NCBI GenBank assembly: GCA_010909165.1
Contig: MU008173.1
Location: forward strand, 310,001-374,000
Origin: Anthoceros angustus
Taxonomy: Eukaryota; Plantae; Anthocerotophyta
Reading direction: 5' to 3'
Length of the DNA: 64,000 nucleotides
This document shows, piece by piece, positions 34,430-47,417 of this stretch. The position numbers and the translations under genes were made by a program. Under the pieces are notes generated by a model. The model saw nothing but the letters and a program-made list of their open reading frames with translations, did not search any database and was not told the DNA's origin. Numbering within the stretch: position 1 is the stretch's first letter; each line of letters starts with the position of its first letter.

Positions 34430-36010
34430 TATGTTATTGATATACAGTCTCGATAATGTTCAAGACGGATAATGTTCAAGACGTTGGCATGTGAGATGAA
34501 TGTGGAGACTTCATAAAAAGAGCGAGATGGGAAATCCCATCTACCCTCATGCGAAAGGGGATAACGCACGATGGGCCCCCAACCACCCCCAATATCGCCG
34601 TCCGAGATAGGGAAGGGCCTACTTACTACCGGTGCCGCCGATTCCGCGTCTCCAGCACTCGTGATTGTTCTGAAGATGGCACTGGCCAACGCCCTTTGTA
34701 GGGCGATGGAAACCCGTTTCTTGAAATATGCCACAACACTGGAAAGGGGGAGGCCAAACCTGTCTCTGTCGTTGTGGTAGGCCCTTGCGCACTCCTTGAT
34801 AAAACAAGAAAAAACCTTACCCAAGGCCCCATGGGTTTCAATGGCAAGGAGGATGGAAATGTGACTTTGCTGCATGGGCCCGTACTTGTAAATTTTCTTA
34901 GTTGCACTCCCTTTCGCCACCCAACCTGGAGGGTTGATGATGACATGGCTGCTAACAGAATCTCTGGTTGGGTGAATGACAACCACGTCCGCAACCGAGA
35001 CCTCGTCCCCCCGCGTCAAGAAAAGGTCAGCTCTGATAGAGACGTCATTGAGCAAAGTATACTGCCGCTCTTTGAAAGGGAAGAAACCCCTCTCCTTGGA
35101 CATCGAGAACATAACGTCTCGAACGGCATCGTGTGTAGCAATACATTGTCCACCCATTGGAAAAAAACCCTAAGTGGGCCTGAGGGTCGTCGATGGAGGC
35201 CCCACAGTAGCAGGCTGGAAGAGAACAGGCTAGTGGTTAGACCAACCCCCGGCGAAACCTCATTGCGGTAGAAAAAGAAGCTAGTGCGATTCGGAACGAT
35301 CGGATGCAAGGGCGGACCAGAGCCAGGAACCTGCACCCTTCCCTGAGCAAGAGCAAAGGCGAGCTCTAGCGGGATGAGGAATAGATGAATCCAGAAGACC
35401 CCAAAGACTCCGCTCATAATGCTTCTCCTGGAGAGAATCCAAGCAACCCTCAAGCTGCTCATGAAACGAAGAAAAAGAAGGCATGGCCTCCTTAGCCAGA
35501 GGACATAAGAGGTCCCTAGGTGACCTTAGGGACACTTTGAGGGGGAAGCACCCCTCCTCAAACTCCTGCGACGAAATTCTCCAAACTGTTGTTATCTCGA
35601 ATAAGGAAGCGAGAGGCCAAAATTGGGGCCGAGAGGGCCCAACTTCCTAGAAAGGCCGCTAGTGTTGAGGCCTCCATGGCCAAAAGACCTATGTGGACAA
35701 GGGACAAATGCTTTGACTTCCCTTCGGGTCGATGAGTAGGGATTTTCCTTTTATTTGTGAGGATTTGCGTGGGAAATAAGGGATATGTAGGGATAATAAG
35801 GCCTATCCAGCCAAGTTGCATAGGCGTGGTGGCAACTCCAAGGTGGGCAAGGTCTGGAGGAGCTCGCAAGTAACACCCCCTTTTCAGCGAGGTGGGGCAA
35901 ATACGCAGCAATGACAAAAACATTCCAGACAAAGACTAGGCTCTCCAAGTAGCCCGTCCTTCCACGGACGACTGCACAAAGACATCCGCCGCTATTTATT
36001 CCAGCAAGAG
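34430..36010 (-). mobile_element. 5'-truncated non-LTR retrotransposon with a restriction-like endonuclease (CRE-like)
   Basis: RT-downstream motifs (AAFLGSW, RLCSCSGKGAGSWL); then HDAVRD, RADL..., DVVVIHP, KKIYKY, AIETHGALG, RVSIALQR. Confidence 0.75.
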
Positions 36011-36024
36011 TCAACAAGAATACA

Positions 36025-36449
36025 TGAGAGATCGAGAGAGCTCCCCATCTTTGCCTAAGCTAGAGCTTAGCCTCTCCCCTCGATCTCCTCCTCAACAGCC
36101 TCCTCTAGCACGCCACACTCTAGGCTCCCAAGGCCTCTAGGCACCCAGTCCTATCCTCACAAGAGTGTAGCTCCCAAGTGCTAGGATCCTTCTAGACATG
36201 CTCACACCTCTAGGCTCCCAAGGCCTTTAGGCTCCAAAGTCCTATCCTCAAGAGTGTAGCTCATGCTAGGATCACAAGATATATCTCTAGGGCTAGCCTC
36301 ATCTCCTTATATAGGAGGCTTACTTCATTTCCAAAGTAATCGCTAAAAGGCATTTTCTTCCTTAAGCCCTAAGCTAAGTCTTACCACCACTACTTACAAC
36401 TTACTAACTAGATCCGTGGTCGCATGCTTCTCATGCAAGGCTCGTTACT
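36025..36449 (-). mobile_element. 3' LTR of a Ty3/Gypsy element, polypurine tract at ~36450-36462
   Basis: On the minus strand GATGGGGAGAAAG precedes TAACGAG... and the unit ends in CA; the integrase remnant lies immediately upstream. Confidence 0.55.
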
Positions 36450-36529
36450 TTCTCCCCATCGAAAAGAATCACCGTCTTGATAGCCAACGACGAGAGATCA
36501 TCCAGATCCTTTCGAATATCCTCTAACGT

Positions 36530-37130
36530 TACCCAAACCGGATCTCGAGATCCCACGCAACTTTACCATATAATCGTGGTACGATTCCACGCTTTGTAGG
36601 CACGCTACTCGCAAGGAATTCCTCAATTTCCCCAATTCTGATTATGCCGCACGAGAACACTGCATTTTCTTGTCCATGTCTTCTTTCTTTTGCTCGCACA
36701 AATGGTTTCAGTAGTGATATATGAAACACATTGTGTGCAAAAATCCATTCAGTGAATTTGTAAGCCACTTCTCCAATGCGCTTCAAGACTACAAATGGAC
36801 CACCATATCTTGGCCTTAACTTAAGAGTTAATCCTTGAGGTAATGGGAAATGCTTCAATTTCACCCATACTTTATCCCCAACGTTGAAGATAGTTTCTCC
36901 GTGCCTATCAAAGATATTTCTTGACGTGCTTGAGCCTTGGCTAAAATTCCTTTGGCAATCTCATGCCTAGCCTTCAACCGCTCAATGAATCGGCGTGGAT
37001 CTCTAGTGGTAGTATCGAAAACTTCAGCATTTAGCATGGATACCGCGTCCAGTGCTGAATTTCCTCCCATCAGCACAACATACTTCTCTAACCAGTTGAA
37101 GTTGAATGCAAGATAAGCTAGATGGCAAGA
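36530..37130 (-). mobile_element. Ty3/Gypsy integrase C-terminal remnant
   Basis: AKAQARQ, KLRPRYGGPFVVLKRIGEVAYK, HNVFHISLLKPF. Confidence 0.85.
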
Positions 37131-37134
37131 TTTC

Positions 37135-37560
37135 CTAGCTATGTATGATGTGACTCTCAAGTATAAACCTGGAAAAGAAAATAAGGTTGCGGATGCGCTG
37201 AGTCGCAAAAAGAGTCAGGAAGTAAAGGCAATGGCAATTATGGTTGAACCTATGGACACTCACAAACAGATCAAGGAAGCATATCTGCAGGATCCAGATG
37301 TTCACGACTGGATTAATGGAATAGAGCAGAAAGGAAGCAAGTTCAAATTGAGGGATGGTTTGTTGATATACAAACAAAGGAGGATTGTGATCCCAAATTC
37401 TTCAGAGTTGAAGAGTAAATTGCTTTGAATGTCATGATGTGCAAGTCTGTCACCGTGGAATTGACCCCACTTATGAGAAGCTACATTGCTTTAGGCCGGA
37501 ATGTATCGGGATACGGGATTATATCAAGGCATGTGCTGTTTGTCAGGTCGCATGCCTCAA
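37135..37560 (+). mobile_element. Ty3/Gypsy RNase H end / integrase N-terminal remnant, inverted relative to the neighbouring fragment
   Basis: YKPGKENKVADALSR, FKLRDGLLIYKQRRIVIP, then frameshifted H...H and C..CQ remnants. Confidence 0.82.
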
Positions 37561-37599
37561 GGGAGGCAGGGTCCGGAGTAGCTCTGGAGAGGTTCCGGA

Positions 37600-40500
37600 G
37601 GAGAGGGTCCTGAGTGGTCCGACGGCGTGGGTCATAAATTTGGAAGGGCAACACGTGGACGATGGCATGGGTCCGTATGACATGCAAGAGGTGAGAACCC
37701 CAGAACCGTCAGAAGCCGTTATAAGCAAGTAGTCACGACTCAAGGACATGCGCCAAGAAGGCGGCGGGCGTGAAGCTGCGATACAAGATGCAGAGGGGCG
37801 GTAGTTACTGACCACATAAGCGCACTATCTTGGAGGACTCGCATCGTGTCGGCACGCTTCCCTCCGCTGGGTTTAAGGGCGACGGGACTTGCATTGAGGC
37901 CAGAGCTATTCCAGAAGCAAGACGACTAGCGAGGCGGCATGGCTCCCGAGAAGGCGGCAGAGACTCTAGAGCCCTGGATATTGGAGAAGAACATCACCAC
38001 CAAACGCTACCCAGATTTCTGCCCATGGGTGGAGGAGGCGGGCGAGCTCGTCCAGGAGTGGCACCTGGACATATTCCATGCGGTCTGGACCTACGACAGC
38101 ATAACGCTAGTCTGAGAGTATGCCCAGAAGCTGCTGGCGGTAGCAAACAAGTCATTCCGTTCAAAGAGCTTGAGGGAGGACCCTAGGCGATGGACAGTGG
38201 AGGAGCTTCAAGTGGTGTATAACCGGCCCGCGGAGGAGATCCGAAGAGTGATGCCGAAGCCTCTGAAAGAGAAGGGGAAGCTGGAAGCGGCAAAGGCCGC
38301 ACTCTTGAATCAGGACGCCCAGAGGTCCTCCAATGGGTGGTTGATGTCAAACCTGAAGGACCGACGGGTGAGGGCAGTGGCCAAAATCATCGTCCAATGA
38401 GACAAGCTCACCAAGGTAGACCACTTAGGGGACAACCTACTGGTATTCCTGCATGCCCTCATGAGGAGGAAGCGGGCGGACCCGGATAGCACAGGAGGCG
38501 TGTAAGCTACGCAGCGAGCGGCCTCCATTGTTGGCGTTGTTCCCTTTCATCCTGCAAAGGGACACCACAACCTCCTGAAGGAGGGCGAGGAGGAGGAGCG
38601 TGCTCCGCGGTGACACCTGCGGTGCAGGTGGGGCGATGAGGCATGTCTGGGCGGTGAGCTGGAGCCCAAGAACGGGCGTACTTAGGAGGAGGAGGATTGG
38701 GAGGGCATCTCGGATGCCATTCGCTTGGAAAAGACCCCTTCCCCCCCAAGGGAAATTTGGGAAGAGATTCCAGCATCCCTATTGCTACTGGCGGCATTGG
38801 AGGAGCAGGCCTCAGTGGCTGCGTCAACAAGGCTAGAAGTCGTGTCGGTGGGAGCAGCCCCAGTGGTAATGAGACCAACCCCGGAACCACGCCGGACCAG
38901 GACAGAGGGCTGGAAGAAGAAGATGGCGTTCGAGGCGGCCGCCAAGACTACGGCACCGGTACCCCTGCCAATGAGTGAAGAGAGGGCGGAGGCGGAGGCG
39001 GAGGCGGAGGCGAGGCAACTCAAGGGGGCGGAGGCAGCACCTGAGCCGTGCTCTCCCTCACCAGGAGAGGGAAGCGGCCCAACTCCCGAACTTCGTCGCA
39101 CCCACTGGAAGGACAGGGAGACGAGACAGTCCAGCGAGCAGGAGAGCACGCCCGACTGCCGGAGCACCAATGGAGGCGGGAGTATCTGGTCCTGCAAGCC
39201 CATGTGGAAGAAGCCATCCAGCAGGTGGATTCAAACTTTGCATACTATCACGCAGAGCTCCTGAAGGCTGTAAGCGTGGTGCACCAGCCGGCTGAGGTGG
39301 TAGGGTCCCCAGAGGAGGCAGAGGAAGCCACGGGAAAAGAAGGGCTAGGGTTATAGGGAACCTAGGTGCCTTATTTGGGGACGAGAGCAGTGGCGAGGTT
39401 GAGCCATCGGAGGAGGAGCGTCACCTGGACGGTCGAGCCGGACTAGGAACGTCAGCCTCGACGGACCACGAGGTATGCTCTCTGGACCCTGCACTTGGGT
39501 TGGAGGGCCAAGAAGGGAGTGGTCCGGTGGGGGAGGAGTCGGAGCTAAGGGGTGGACCCTTGGTAGGGGGCAGTGAGGTCCGTTCCCAGGGGGAGGGGAC
39601 GAACCCAAGGGTCCGGCCTTCGGAGCCAGGGATGGACCCAGAGGACCGGCCTCCGGAGTTAAGGATGGACCCATTGGCGTCTGATGCACCGCCCGAGCGG
39701 GCTTAGAGCGAACGGACTCTGGTTCCTCCTTCGGCCGGACTAGTGGATGGGGGGCCCACCGGGGCGCAGGGGGGCAATGCCCAAACTCCGGTGCTGCTGT
39801 CAGCGGAACCAGAGGAAGACCTTGTGGTGACAGCAGTTGTCAGCGCACCTCCGGGAGTGAGGCCCAACCAAAGGCGAGGTGAGACCGGGCCCCGCCCGCG
39901 GTCAAGATAATCAGCCGGGCCCCGCCAGGTTAGGATTGCTGCCATACGGCGAAGTCACCGGTCAGCAGCCCCACTGGCCAGACGAGATAGCCACGCGTAA
40001 GGACTGGATATCCCTCCCACGTGTGTAAGTAGCTGGGAGTAGGGACAGTCTTCGGGTTGTAATAAAGGCACTGTCTTGAAAGCAGTAGAAGAGGGAGGTT
40101 GCCGCCCCTGTAATGCGATTTTTCTTTTGGGGTTGATGCTGTGTTGTGCATACTGACTTTTGTGAGCCAAGTGCTAATGCGTTGCCCGAGTCATCGAGCG
40201 TGCAGACTTCCCGGAGAGGATTATCCAGGATCTGGTGACGAACCTCCTAACGCGTGGAGGTGATTGCAGGTGTTGAGGAACCACTACCCTGTAATGCGAT
40301 TTTTCTTTTGGGGTTGATGCTGTGTTGTGCATACTGACTTTTGTGAGCCAAGTGCTAATGCGTTGCCCGAGTCATCGAAAGGGACTTGGAGAGGATTATC
40401 CAGATCGGTGACGAACCTCCCAACGCGTGGAGGTGATTGCGGTGTTGAGGAACCACTACCCATGTCGATTTTTCTTTTGGGGTTGATCTTTGTGTGTATC

Positions 40501-42020
40501 ACGACTTTTGTGAGCCAAGTGCTAATGCGTTGCCCGAGTCATCGAGCGTGCAGACTTCCCGGAGAGGATTATCCAGGATCTGGTGACGAACCTCCTAACG
40601 CGTGGAGGTGATTGCAGGTGTTGAGGAACCACGACCCTTGCTCCTCAAGAGCGGGGGGCAGGTGACAAGTGGACCGGAGCGAACAAGAGAAGCCGGACGA
40701 TCAGCGGAAGGCGTAAAGAGCCCGGACTGGCCGGATCGAGCGGACCTGGACGTGGAGGTGCTGCAGCCCAACATTTCATCGGAGCACGAGCCCACACCAC
40801 GACGAACTGTGGAGGAGCATGAGCGAGCGAAGGGAGAAGAACAGAAGGGAAGTGCCCCAAAAGGGCGGACACGAGGATGTGAACGAGTCCTTAAACGTTT
40901 CGCGGTACCGGGCCCGTACGGTAGAACCTGATATGGAACATGAGTGGGAGAGGTGAGCGGAGAGTGCGAAATAGAGAGTTCGGACGGTGGTACGGCTGGG
41001 CCCGAGGTTGTAACCTCCAGCCGTTGACGTTGCGTAGGGTGATTCGTACCTCTATTCGATTTGTCGGAAGGGTCAGGAGGTATCTTGAGCATCGTTTCTA
41101 GCACAACGCCCGCGTCGCTAGGTGATCGCTGTAGTAGGACCGGATCGGGAATCGCGTTGCACCACAGGTCTGGATGCTTGAACGCTTATCGGGGCAGATC
41201 GTAAGGGGATCGGGGATATCGGCCTAGATTAGTTGGGAAGCCCAGGGTAGAAAATCAGTAAGCGGACGGTACGAACCATTCTCTTCGGACCGAACCTTAT
41301 ACTTCACGATACGGGACTAGTATGTGCCCAGCAAGTCTGTCAGCAAAAGTTCGCCCATATTTTGGCGCCGTTGCCGAGGAATGTGCTCATTTCCTTAGTT
41401 TCGCTGTAATATAGAGTCAGAAGGGTAAAGTGTGAATGCGTAGAGGGCGTGTGGGAGTTTAAAGGCGAACCATCCGGAGAAGAGAACACAGTAACATCGG
41501 GCGTCCTCCGAGCTAGAGAGAGAAAGGCGCCAGGAGCAGGGGAGGCAAGTTCCACTCAGTGGAGGGAAGATGTCGTCGAATTATCGGATCAATAGGAGTT
41601 GGGTGAACGGGTGCAGCATAGCCTAACCTCGATCGGGCAGCACATCTCCCCTCCTCCTGAGGAGCCTACCAGTCCCCGGCCCGGAAACGGTGGAGCGGGA
41701 GGCAACCTTCCTGTGACCTGAATTCCCACCTCTAAAGTGACGGAGACACCACCGGGAAGAAAAGGAATACCATGCCGCTCATCTCGGAGTTCGAGAGGCG
41801 CTCCAAGGAAGCTCAGGCTGCGGACATCGTCTTGCAATCGATGGGGGAGACACCGAAAAAGGCGAGTCCAAGGAGACATAGACGGGGCAAGGAGTGTCCT
41901 TCCCAAAAGCGGAAGAAGAAGGCCCCATGGAAAAAATAATATGAAGGAACCTTATCCAAAACCAGGGTTCTCCACCTCTCAAACTTGTTTGTCAAATATA
42001 GTCGATATCCGTCCCTGAAC
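37600..42020 (+). mobile_element. Degenerate Athila/Tat-like LTR retroelement remains (accessory ORF fragments, tandem array, PBS)
   Basis: TGGCGCCGTTGCCGAGGA at 41363-41380 matches the Athila-type PBS; fragmented GC-rich ORFs at 37700-39350; ~180 bp repeats. Confidence 0.5.
40100..40635. repeat. ~180 bp x3 tandem repeat
   Basis: ...GACTTTTGTGAGCCAAGTGCTAATGCGTTGCCCGAGTCATCG...GTGTTGAGGAACCAC three times. Confidence 0.88.
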
Positions 42021-42037
42021 CTGGAAGATCAGTTGCC

Positions 42038-42435
42038 GTAAAACCCTAAACGTGTAGAACCCTATACGTGTGAAACCCTAAACGTGTAGAACTCTATATG
42101 TGTGAAACCCTAAACCTGGAAGATAAGCTACCGTAAGACCCTAAATCTGCAAAACCCTAAACTTGGAAGATCAGCTGCCATAAAACCCTAAACTTGTGGA
42201 ACCCTAAATTTGTGAAACCCTAAACCTAGAAGATCAGCAGCCGCAAAACCCTAAACCTGTGAAACCCTATACTTGTGAAACCCTATACTTGTGAAACCCT
42301 ATACTTGTGAAACCCTATACTTGTGAAGCCCTAAACCTCTGGAACCCTAAATTTGTGAAGCCCTAAACCTAAAAGATCAGGTGCTACAAAACCCTAACCT
42401 GTGAAACCCCAAACTTGTGAAACCCTAAATCTGGA
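42038..42435. repeat. Degenerate telomere-like (AAACCCTA) interstitial array
   Basis: About 20 AAACCCTA(A/T)A-type cores separated by CTTGTG/CCTGTG-like linkers. Confidence 0.85.
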
Positions 42436-43014
42436 ACCCAGCTCACCGCCGGCCCCGCCGCCACGACCTCCCGCACCCTGCTAGTGAATCTTTTGCATTT
42501 TTTGAAGATTCAAAAGATGCAAAAGGTTCTCACTACTGGTTCAAAGTTTTAACCACTATAAAAAAGATGAGGGCTAAGTAAAAATAAGTTTGGATACGTT
42601 TGGCTTTAGCGAAGCCCAAGATGGAGACCCGACGGATCTTTCTCTTGCTAGTAGATATCCACATTAGGGAGGTGCACAAAAAAAGTTGAAAACGTCGAAA
42701 GGAACCCTTTAAAATAACAAAAATATCAAAACAAATACCAACAAATTCAAAAAAATATCAAAATTTTAGGGCAAGTGCGCGCACCTGCCTCAAAAAATTG
42801 GACTTTTTAGGGATTTTTTTGGGGTTTTTTTAGATTTTTTGCTCTTTTTTTCTTTGGATGAACCGTCTGGGAATGCACTAGGAGGCATGAACCATATGGG
42901 TTCATGCTCTTAGTTCCTTCTATCCCCGCATGTCGTAGCCCCCTTTTGTTCTCGTTTCACAGGTCGGCCTAGCCCAAGCCTTAACTGATGTACACGCCAG
43001 TTACCTCAACTATT

Positions 43015-43494
43015 TTGCTTTTCAGGGTAATAAGACGTGGTTTATCATCAAAACCCATTCTAAATTAGTGCTGTTGTAAACGACCGGTGTCTCGTCGTAA
43101 AGGGTCTTGTTGTAAACCCTACAGGGGTGTAGTAAACTATTGGATGTTGTAAAATACCATTGGCATGTTGTAAAAGAACCCGTTGTAATGGAAAAAGTCT
43201 CGTAGGAAATTGTAGGCCCGTAGTAAACGACCATGCCATCGTTGTAACGTCCATAAGCTCGTTAAATAACAAGTAGTAAAAGTCCATTTTGATTTGCCAT
43301 CGATTTTGTGCCTTTGGCAAAACAAGCCCTGTAGTAAAGTTGGAATGAGTGTTAGTAAATTCAGGGCTATATCTGAAAATAATACATGGACTTGAAAAGG
43401 TGCCTTCAATTGACGTAGTAAAATGGGCGGTCGTGGTAAAATGCACCCCCGTCGTAAAACTTCAATTAGTAAAAGTATACTTTTCCTAGTAGTG
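43015..43494. mobile_element. CACTA-type terminus with subterminal repeats; duplicated copy ends at 44727
   Basis: Ends TTTTCCTAGTAGTG (reverse complement CACTACTAGGAAAA); many TGTAGTAAA/GTCGTAAA/TTGTAAA repeats. Confidence 0.65.
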
Positions 43495-45478
43495 GAATGA
43501 CGTGCTCAACCCATGAATGTTGAGTTGTTTTTTGTAAGATGTAGGAGCTGCCCACCTCCTGTTCGAGCATTTGCATCCAAGAAGTGAAACGTGGGGCCAT
43601 CACTTAGAGATCTATGGATTGCCGTCCCTGATGAAGAGCAGCGTGAGCAAGCTCTTGGTTTTGATTGAGTTCAAAAAGGGGGCATTGGTGAAGGGATATC
43701 ATATAAAGGAATAGGTTAATATTCAAATAAATTTATTTATAAGTCATAAATAGATCTATAAAGTTTTTAAATTGAATAAAGTATCATGAATGATGTGTAA
43801 TTTGAAAATTATTAATATAAGGTCCTAGTATATATTTAACATTTGAATCCAGTAGAATAGGAAATTTTCAATCATTTGTCATTGTTTTGGTATACAAAGT
43901 GCCAAGTGAACTACAAACTCTACGAGCCCATCCTCAGATATAAAACCATTCATTGTACTCATGAATCCTTTACAGAAATCTAGAAATGTTTAAATCAATA
44001 CATCTTTTAGTTGTTTTTTCATTAGTATTGCATAGAAATATAACAGTATTTCAATCAAGATATATTTTAGTTATTCTTCCACAAGTATTACATAAATTAC
44101 ATATTTCATAAATTACCTAATAATGTGAGTGAAATATTCCTTAATTTAGGGGATTTGGACAAAAATATGGATCTTCCATGTTCTGTTTACGAATGTAATA
44201 GTAATTCAAACCACAACCTGATGAACCAGCTGTACCTCCTACGCTTCTTTCACAACTATTTTGCTTTTCAGTAATAAGACGGGTTTATCATCAAAACCAT
44301 TCTAAATTAGTGTTATGTAAACGACCGGTGTCTCGTCTAGAAAGGGTCTTGTTGTAAACCCTGTAGTAAACTATTGGATGTTGTAAAATACCATTGGCAT
44401 GTTGTAAAAGAACCCGTTGTAATGGAAAAGTCTCGTAGGAAATTGTAGGCCCGTAGTAACTACCATGCCATCATGCCCGTTGCCCATAAGCTGCTTGTCA
44501 ATAAGTGCCCCGTAGAAAGTCCATTTTGATTTGCCACATCGCCTTTTTGCTTTTGGCAAAACAAGCCTAGTAAAAGTTGGAATGAGTGTTAGTAAATTCA
44601 GGCTATATCTAGAAAATAATACATGGACTTGAAAAGGTGCCTTCAATTGGCGTAGTAAAATGGCGATTGTGGTAAAATGCACCCCGTCGAAACTTCAATT
44701 AGTAAAAGTATACTTTTCCTAGTAGTGGAATGACGGCTCAACCCATGAATGTTGAGTTGTTTTTTAAGATGTAGGAGCCCCACCTCACTGCTCGCATTTG
44801 CATCCAAGAAGTGAAAGCATTGGGGCCATCACTTAGAGATCTATGGATTGCTGGTCATGAAGAGCAGTGAGCAAGCTCTTGGTTTTGATTGAGTTCAAAA
44901 GGGGCATTGGTGAAGGGATATCATAAAGGAATAGGTTAATATTCAAATAAATTTATTTATAAGTCATAAATAGATCTATAAAGTTTTTAAATTGAATAAA
45001 GTATCATGAATGATGTGTAATTTGAAAATTATTAATATAAGGTCCTAGTATATATTTAACATTTGAATCCAGTAGAATAGGAAATTTTCAATCATTTGTC
45101 ATTGTTTTGGTATACAAAGTGCCAAGTGAACTACAAACTCTACGAGCCCATCCTCAGATATAAAACCATTCATTGTACTCATGAATCCTTTACAGAAATC
45201 TAGAAATGTTTAAATCAATACATCTTTTAGTTGTTTTTTCATTAGTATTGCATAGAAATATAACAGTATTTCAATCAAGATATATTTTAGTTATTCTTCC
45301 ACAAGTATTACATAAATTACATATTTCATAAATTACCTAATAATGTGAGTGAAATATTCCTTAATTTAGGGGATTTGGACAAAAATATGGATCTTCCATG
45401 TTCTGTTTACGAATGTAATAGTAATTCAAACCACAACCTGATGAACCAGCTGTACCTCCTACGCTTCTTTCACAATAT
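43015..45478. repeat. Tandem direct duplication of ~1.23 kb (43015-44245, 44255-45478)
   Basis: Distal halves identical; proximal half of copy 2 has many small indels. Confidence 0.9.
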
Positions 45479-45858
45479 TTGAGAATAGACCTTAGAACAA
45501 ATTGGAGACATTCACGACATTCTGTTTTCGACAAGTAGACATAAGGTTCAGATATGGCTTCATCATGAGTGAACTTATATTCAAACCCTACGCACTCAGC
45601 AGCGGACTCAAAGGTGACAAATGCATCTTCTATGTTGTATTCAACATTAGATCTTGGATGATTGTTCACCGCATCTGAAATCAAAGAATTCAACCAGGAT
45701 AAAACATTAACTTGTGCTGGATCAAATAAATCAAAGTCCTTCTCTGAACAATATATATGGGGTATGGACTCCCACCATTTTAATTCTGCTATCACGACAT
45801 TGATTTGAAATATAGCTACCAAAATATAGATATAAGTTAGAAAAATCTTTAAATACAT
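45361..45858 (-). CDS. Secreted Gnk2/DUF26-like protein with expanded Cys spacing (copy 1, 165 aa from MYLKIF)
   Basis: Signal peptide; YC...AEC-x24-CREC...YC..S.GG...GC...Y matches ginkbilobin-2 Cys order; two paralogues in the window. Confidence 0.72.
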   Translation of the reverse strand: MYLKIFLTYIYILVAIFQINVVIAELKWWESIPHIYCSEKDFDLFDPAQVNVLSWLNSLISDAVNNHPRSNVEYNIEDAFVTFESAAECVGFEYKFTHDEAISEPYVYLSKTECRECLQFVLRSILKYCERSVGGTAGSSGCGLNYYYIRKQNMEDPYFCPNPLN

Positions 45859-46874
45859 TACATTTTTGGTAAGGATGTAGAGATCTAGACAAGTGAGCAT
45901 CTCCAAAAGTGAGATTTCCCTCGTACACACCATCAGTTGCAATACATTCATATAGTGTGGTTCAATTGATAGGAAATTCCTTCAACTATCATACAATTTA
46001 CAAGTAATGACAAGTATTGTTGGTGAACTTTGTCATACTTATTGGTGAACTTGTCAACATTCTCTTTTAGAAGGAATTGTCAAGAAATTGTTGCAAATTT
46101 TTTGAATTGAAGCAAGATGCATGCTATGCCAGCTCACTGTTTTTGCTACCAACCAACCATCCATGAATGTCATTTAAAAAAAGCTCTTTTATTCAAGAGA
46201 GTTGAGCATGAAAAGAACTAAGAAATCGAATTGAGATTCCAGAACACAAAGTTTCACACAATGGAATCATGTATTAAAATTTATGTCTTTCCTATGGCCA
46301 AAAGTTCATATTAGCATGTAAAGCAGTAGGTTTGATTTTTGTAAGATTTCTCACTTGAGTTAAGCAGGTAACTTGACATAGTAAGATTGGTCAATGATTA
46401 GATTTTCAACAAAGTGGCTTCAAGATAAGTTCTTGAATGAATAATTTTTTTATAGAATTTAAAATATTTGATTATGAGTCAAAATTCCTTGTTTCCACAT
46501 GTTGTAGAAAATTAAATATTGTTAATGATGTTGACTTGCAATTACTAAAAATAGCACTGCAGAAAATTGTAGCCACCATAAAATATGTTCTTTGTAATGA
46601 TTTTTTACAGTGATATGTTATCATGGATCAATTATGGCTGAAAACTAAGGGATCCTTGAAAAAGTTTTACAATATATCCTCAACTAAAGGAAGTTCACTT
46701 TTAGGGTAAACACTTGGTCCATGTAGTCAATTGACTGAAGGTGCGTTTGTCATGTAGACTTCCTAACAAGTCACGTCTATGTGCGCAATCAGTTCCATAA
46801 TTGTTAGCGAGACGAGTAATACTTGTAAGGTTGATACTATTGAATACATACATCTATGATAAAAAAAAAATAAT

Positions 46875-47417
46875 TCAATTTGGAGGAGCCGGGCAAAAAG
46901 TTGGGTCATTAAATTGGCTACGCTTATAGACGTAAATGATACCACAACCTTTTGAATCAATTGTAGCTGCTAGGCTCCTTGGACAAGCTTCAAAGAGTGT
47001 TTGCTTAAGAAACTTAAGACATAACCCACAGTCTATTTTTGATAGAGAAATATATGGTACTGAAACATCTTCGTTAGGAGGATAATAACTAGGCGTGCCT
47101 CCTAGACATTCTCCTTGTGATGTGAAGTCTACCAATATAGAGACCACGTTAAAATTACCTTTTAAATTTGGATGAAGAGTGACGGTAGTATCAATTAGCA
47201 TGTCGAGCCAACTCATTACATTTAATTGACCAGGATCAACCAGATCAAATGACTTGGGGGAGCAATAGAACTCAGAGATTTCTTCCCACCAGCGGGCATT
47301 TGATGTTCCGAACTTCATGCTTAAGATACTTATTGCAAGCCAAATATGTAATATAAACTCTATGTAGTGATTGACAAAAAGATTCAATGAATTGCAACAT
47401 ATGATTTTTGTTTTCAT
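46875..47417 (-). CDS. Secreted Gnk2/DUF26-like protein (copy 2)
   Basis: WWEEISEFYC...FDLVDPGQLNVMSWL...GEC-x25-CGLC...AC.RS.AA...GC. Confidence 0.7.
   Translation of the reverse strand: MKTKIICCNSLNLFVNHYIEFILHIWLAISILSMKFGTSNARWWEEISEFYCSPKSFDLVDPGQLNVMSWLDMLIDTTVTLHPNLKGNFNVVSILVDFTSQGECLGGTPSYYPPNEDVSVPYISLSKIDCGLCLKFLKQTLFEACPRSLAATIDSKGCGIIYVYKRSQFNDPTFCPAPPN

Noticed and set aside
42531-43494. Complete CACTA element from CACTACT at 42531 to the end at 43494
   Set aside because: Only 7 terminal bases match and the flanks (TCT vs GAA) give no target duplication
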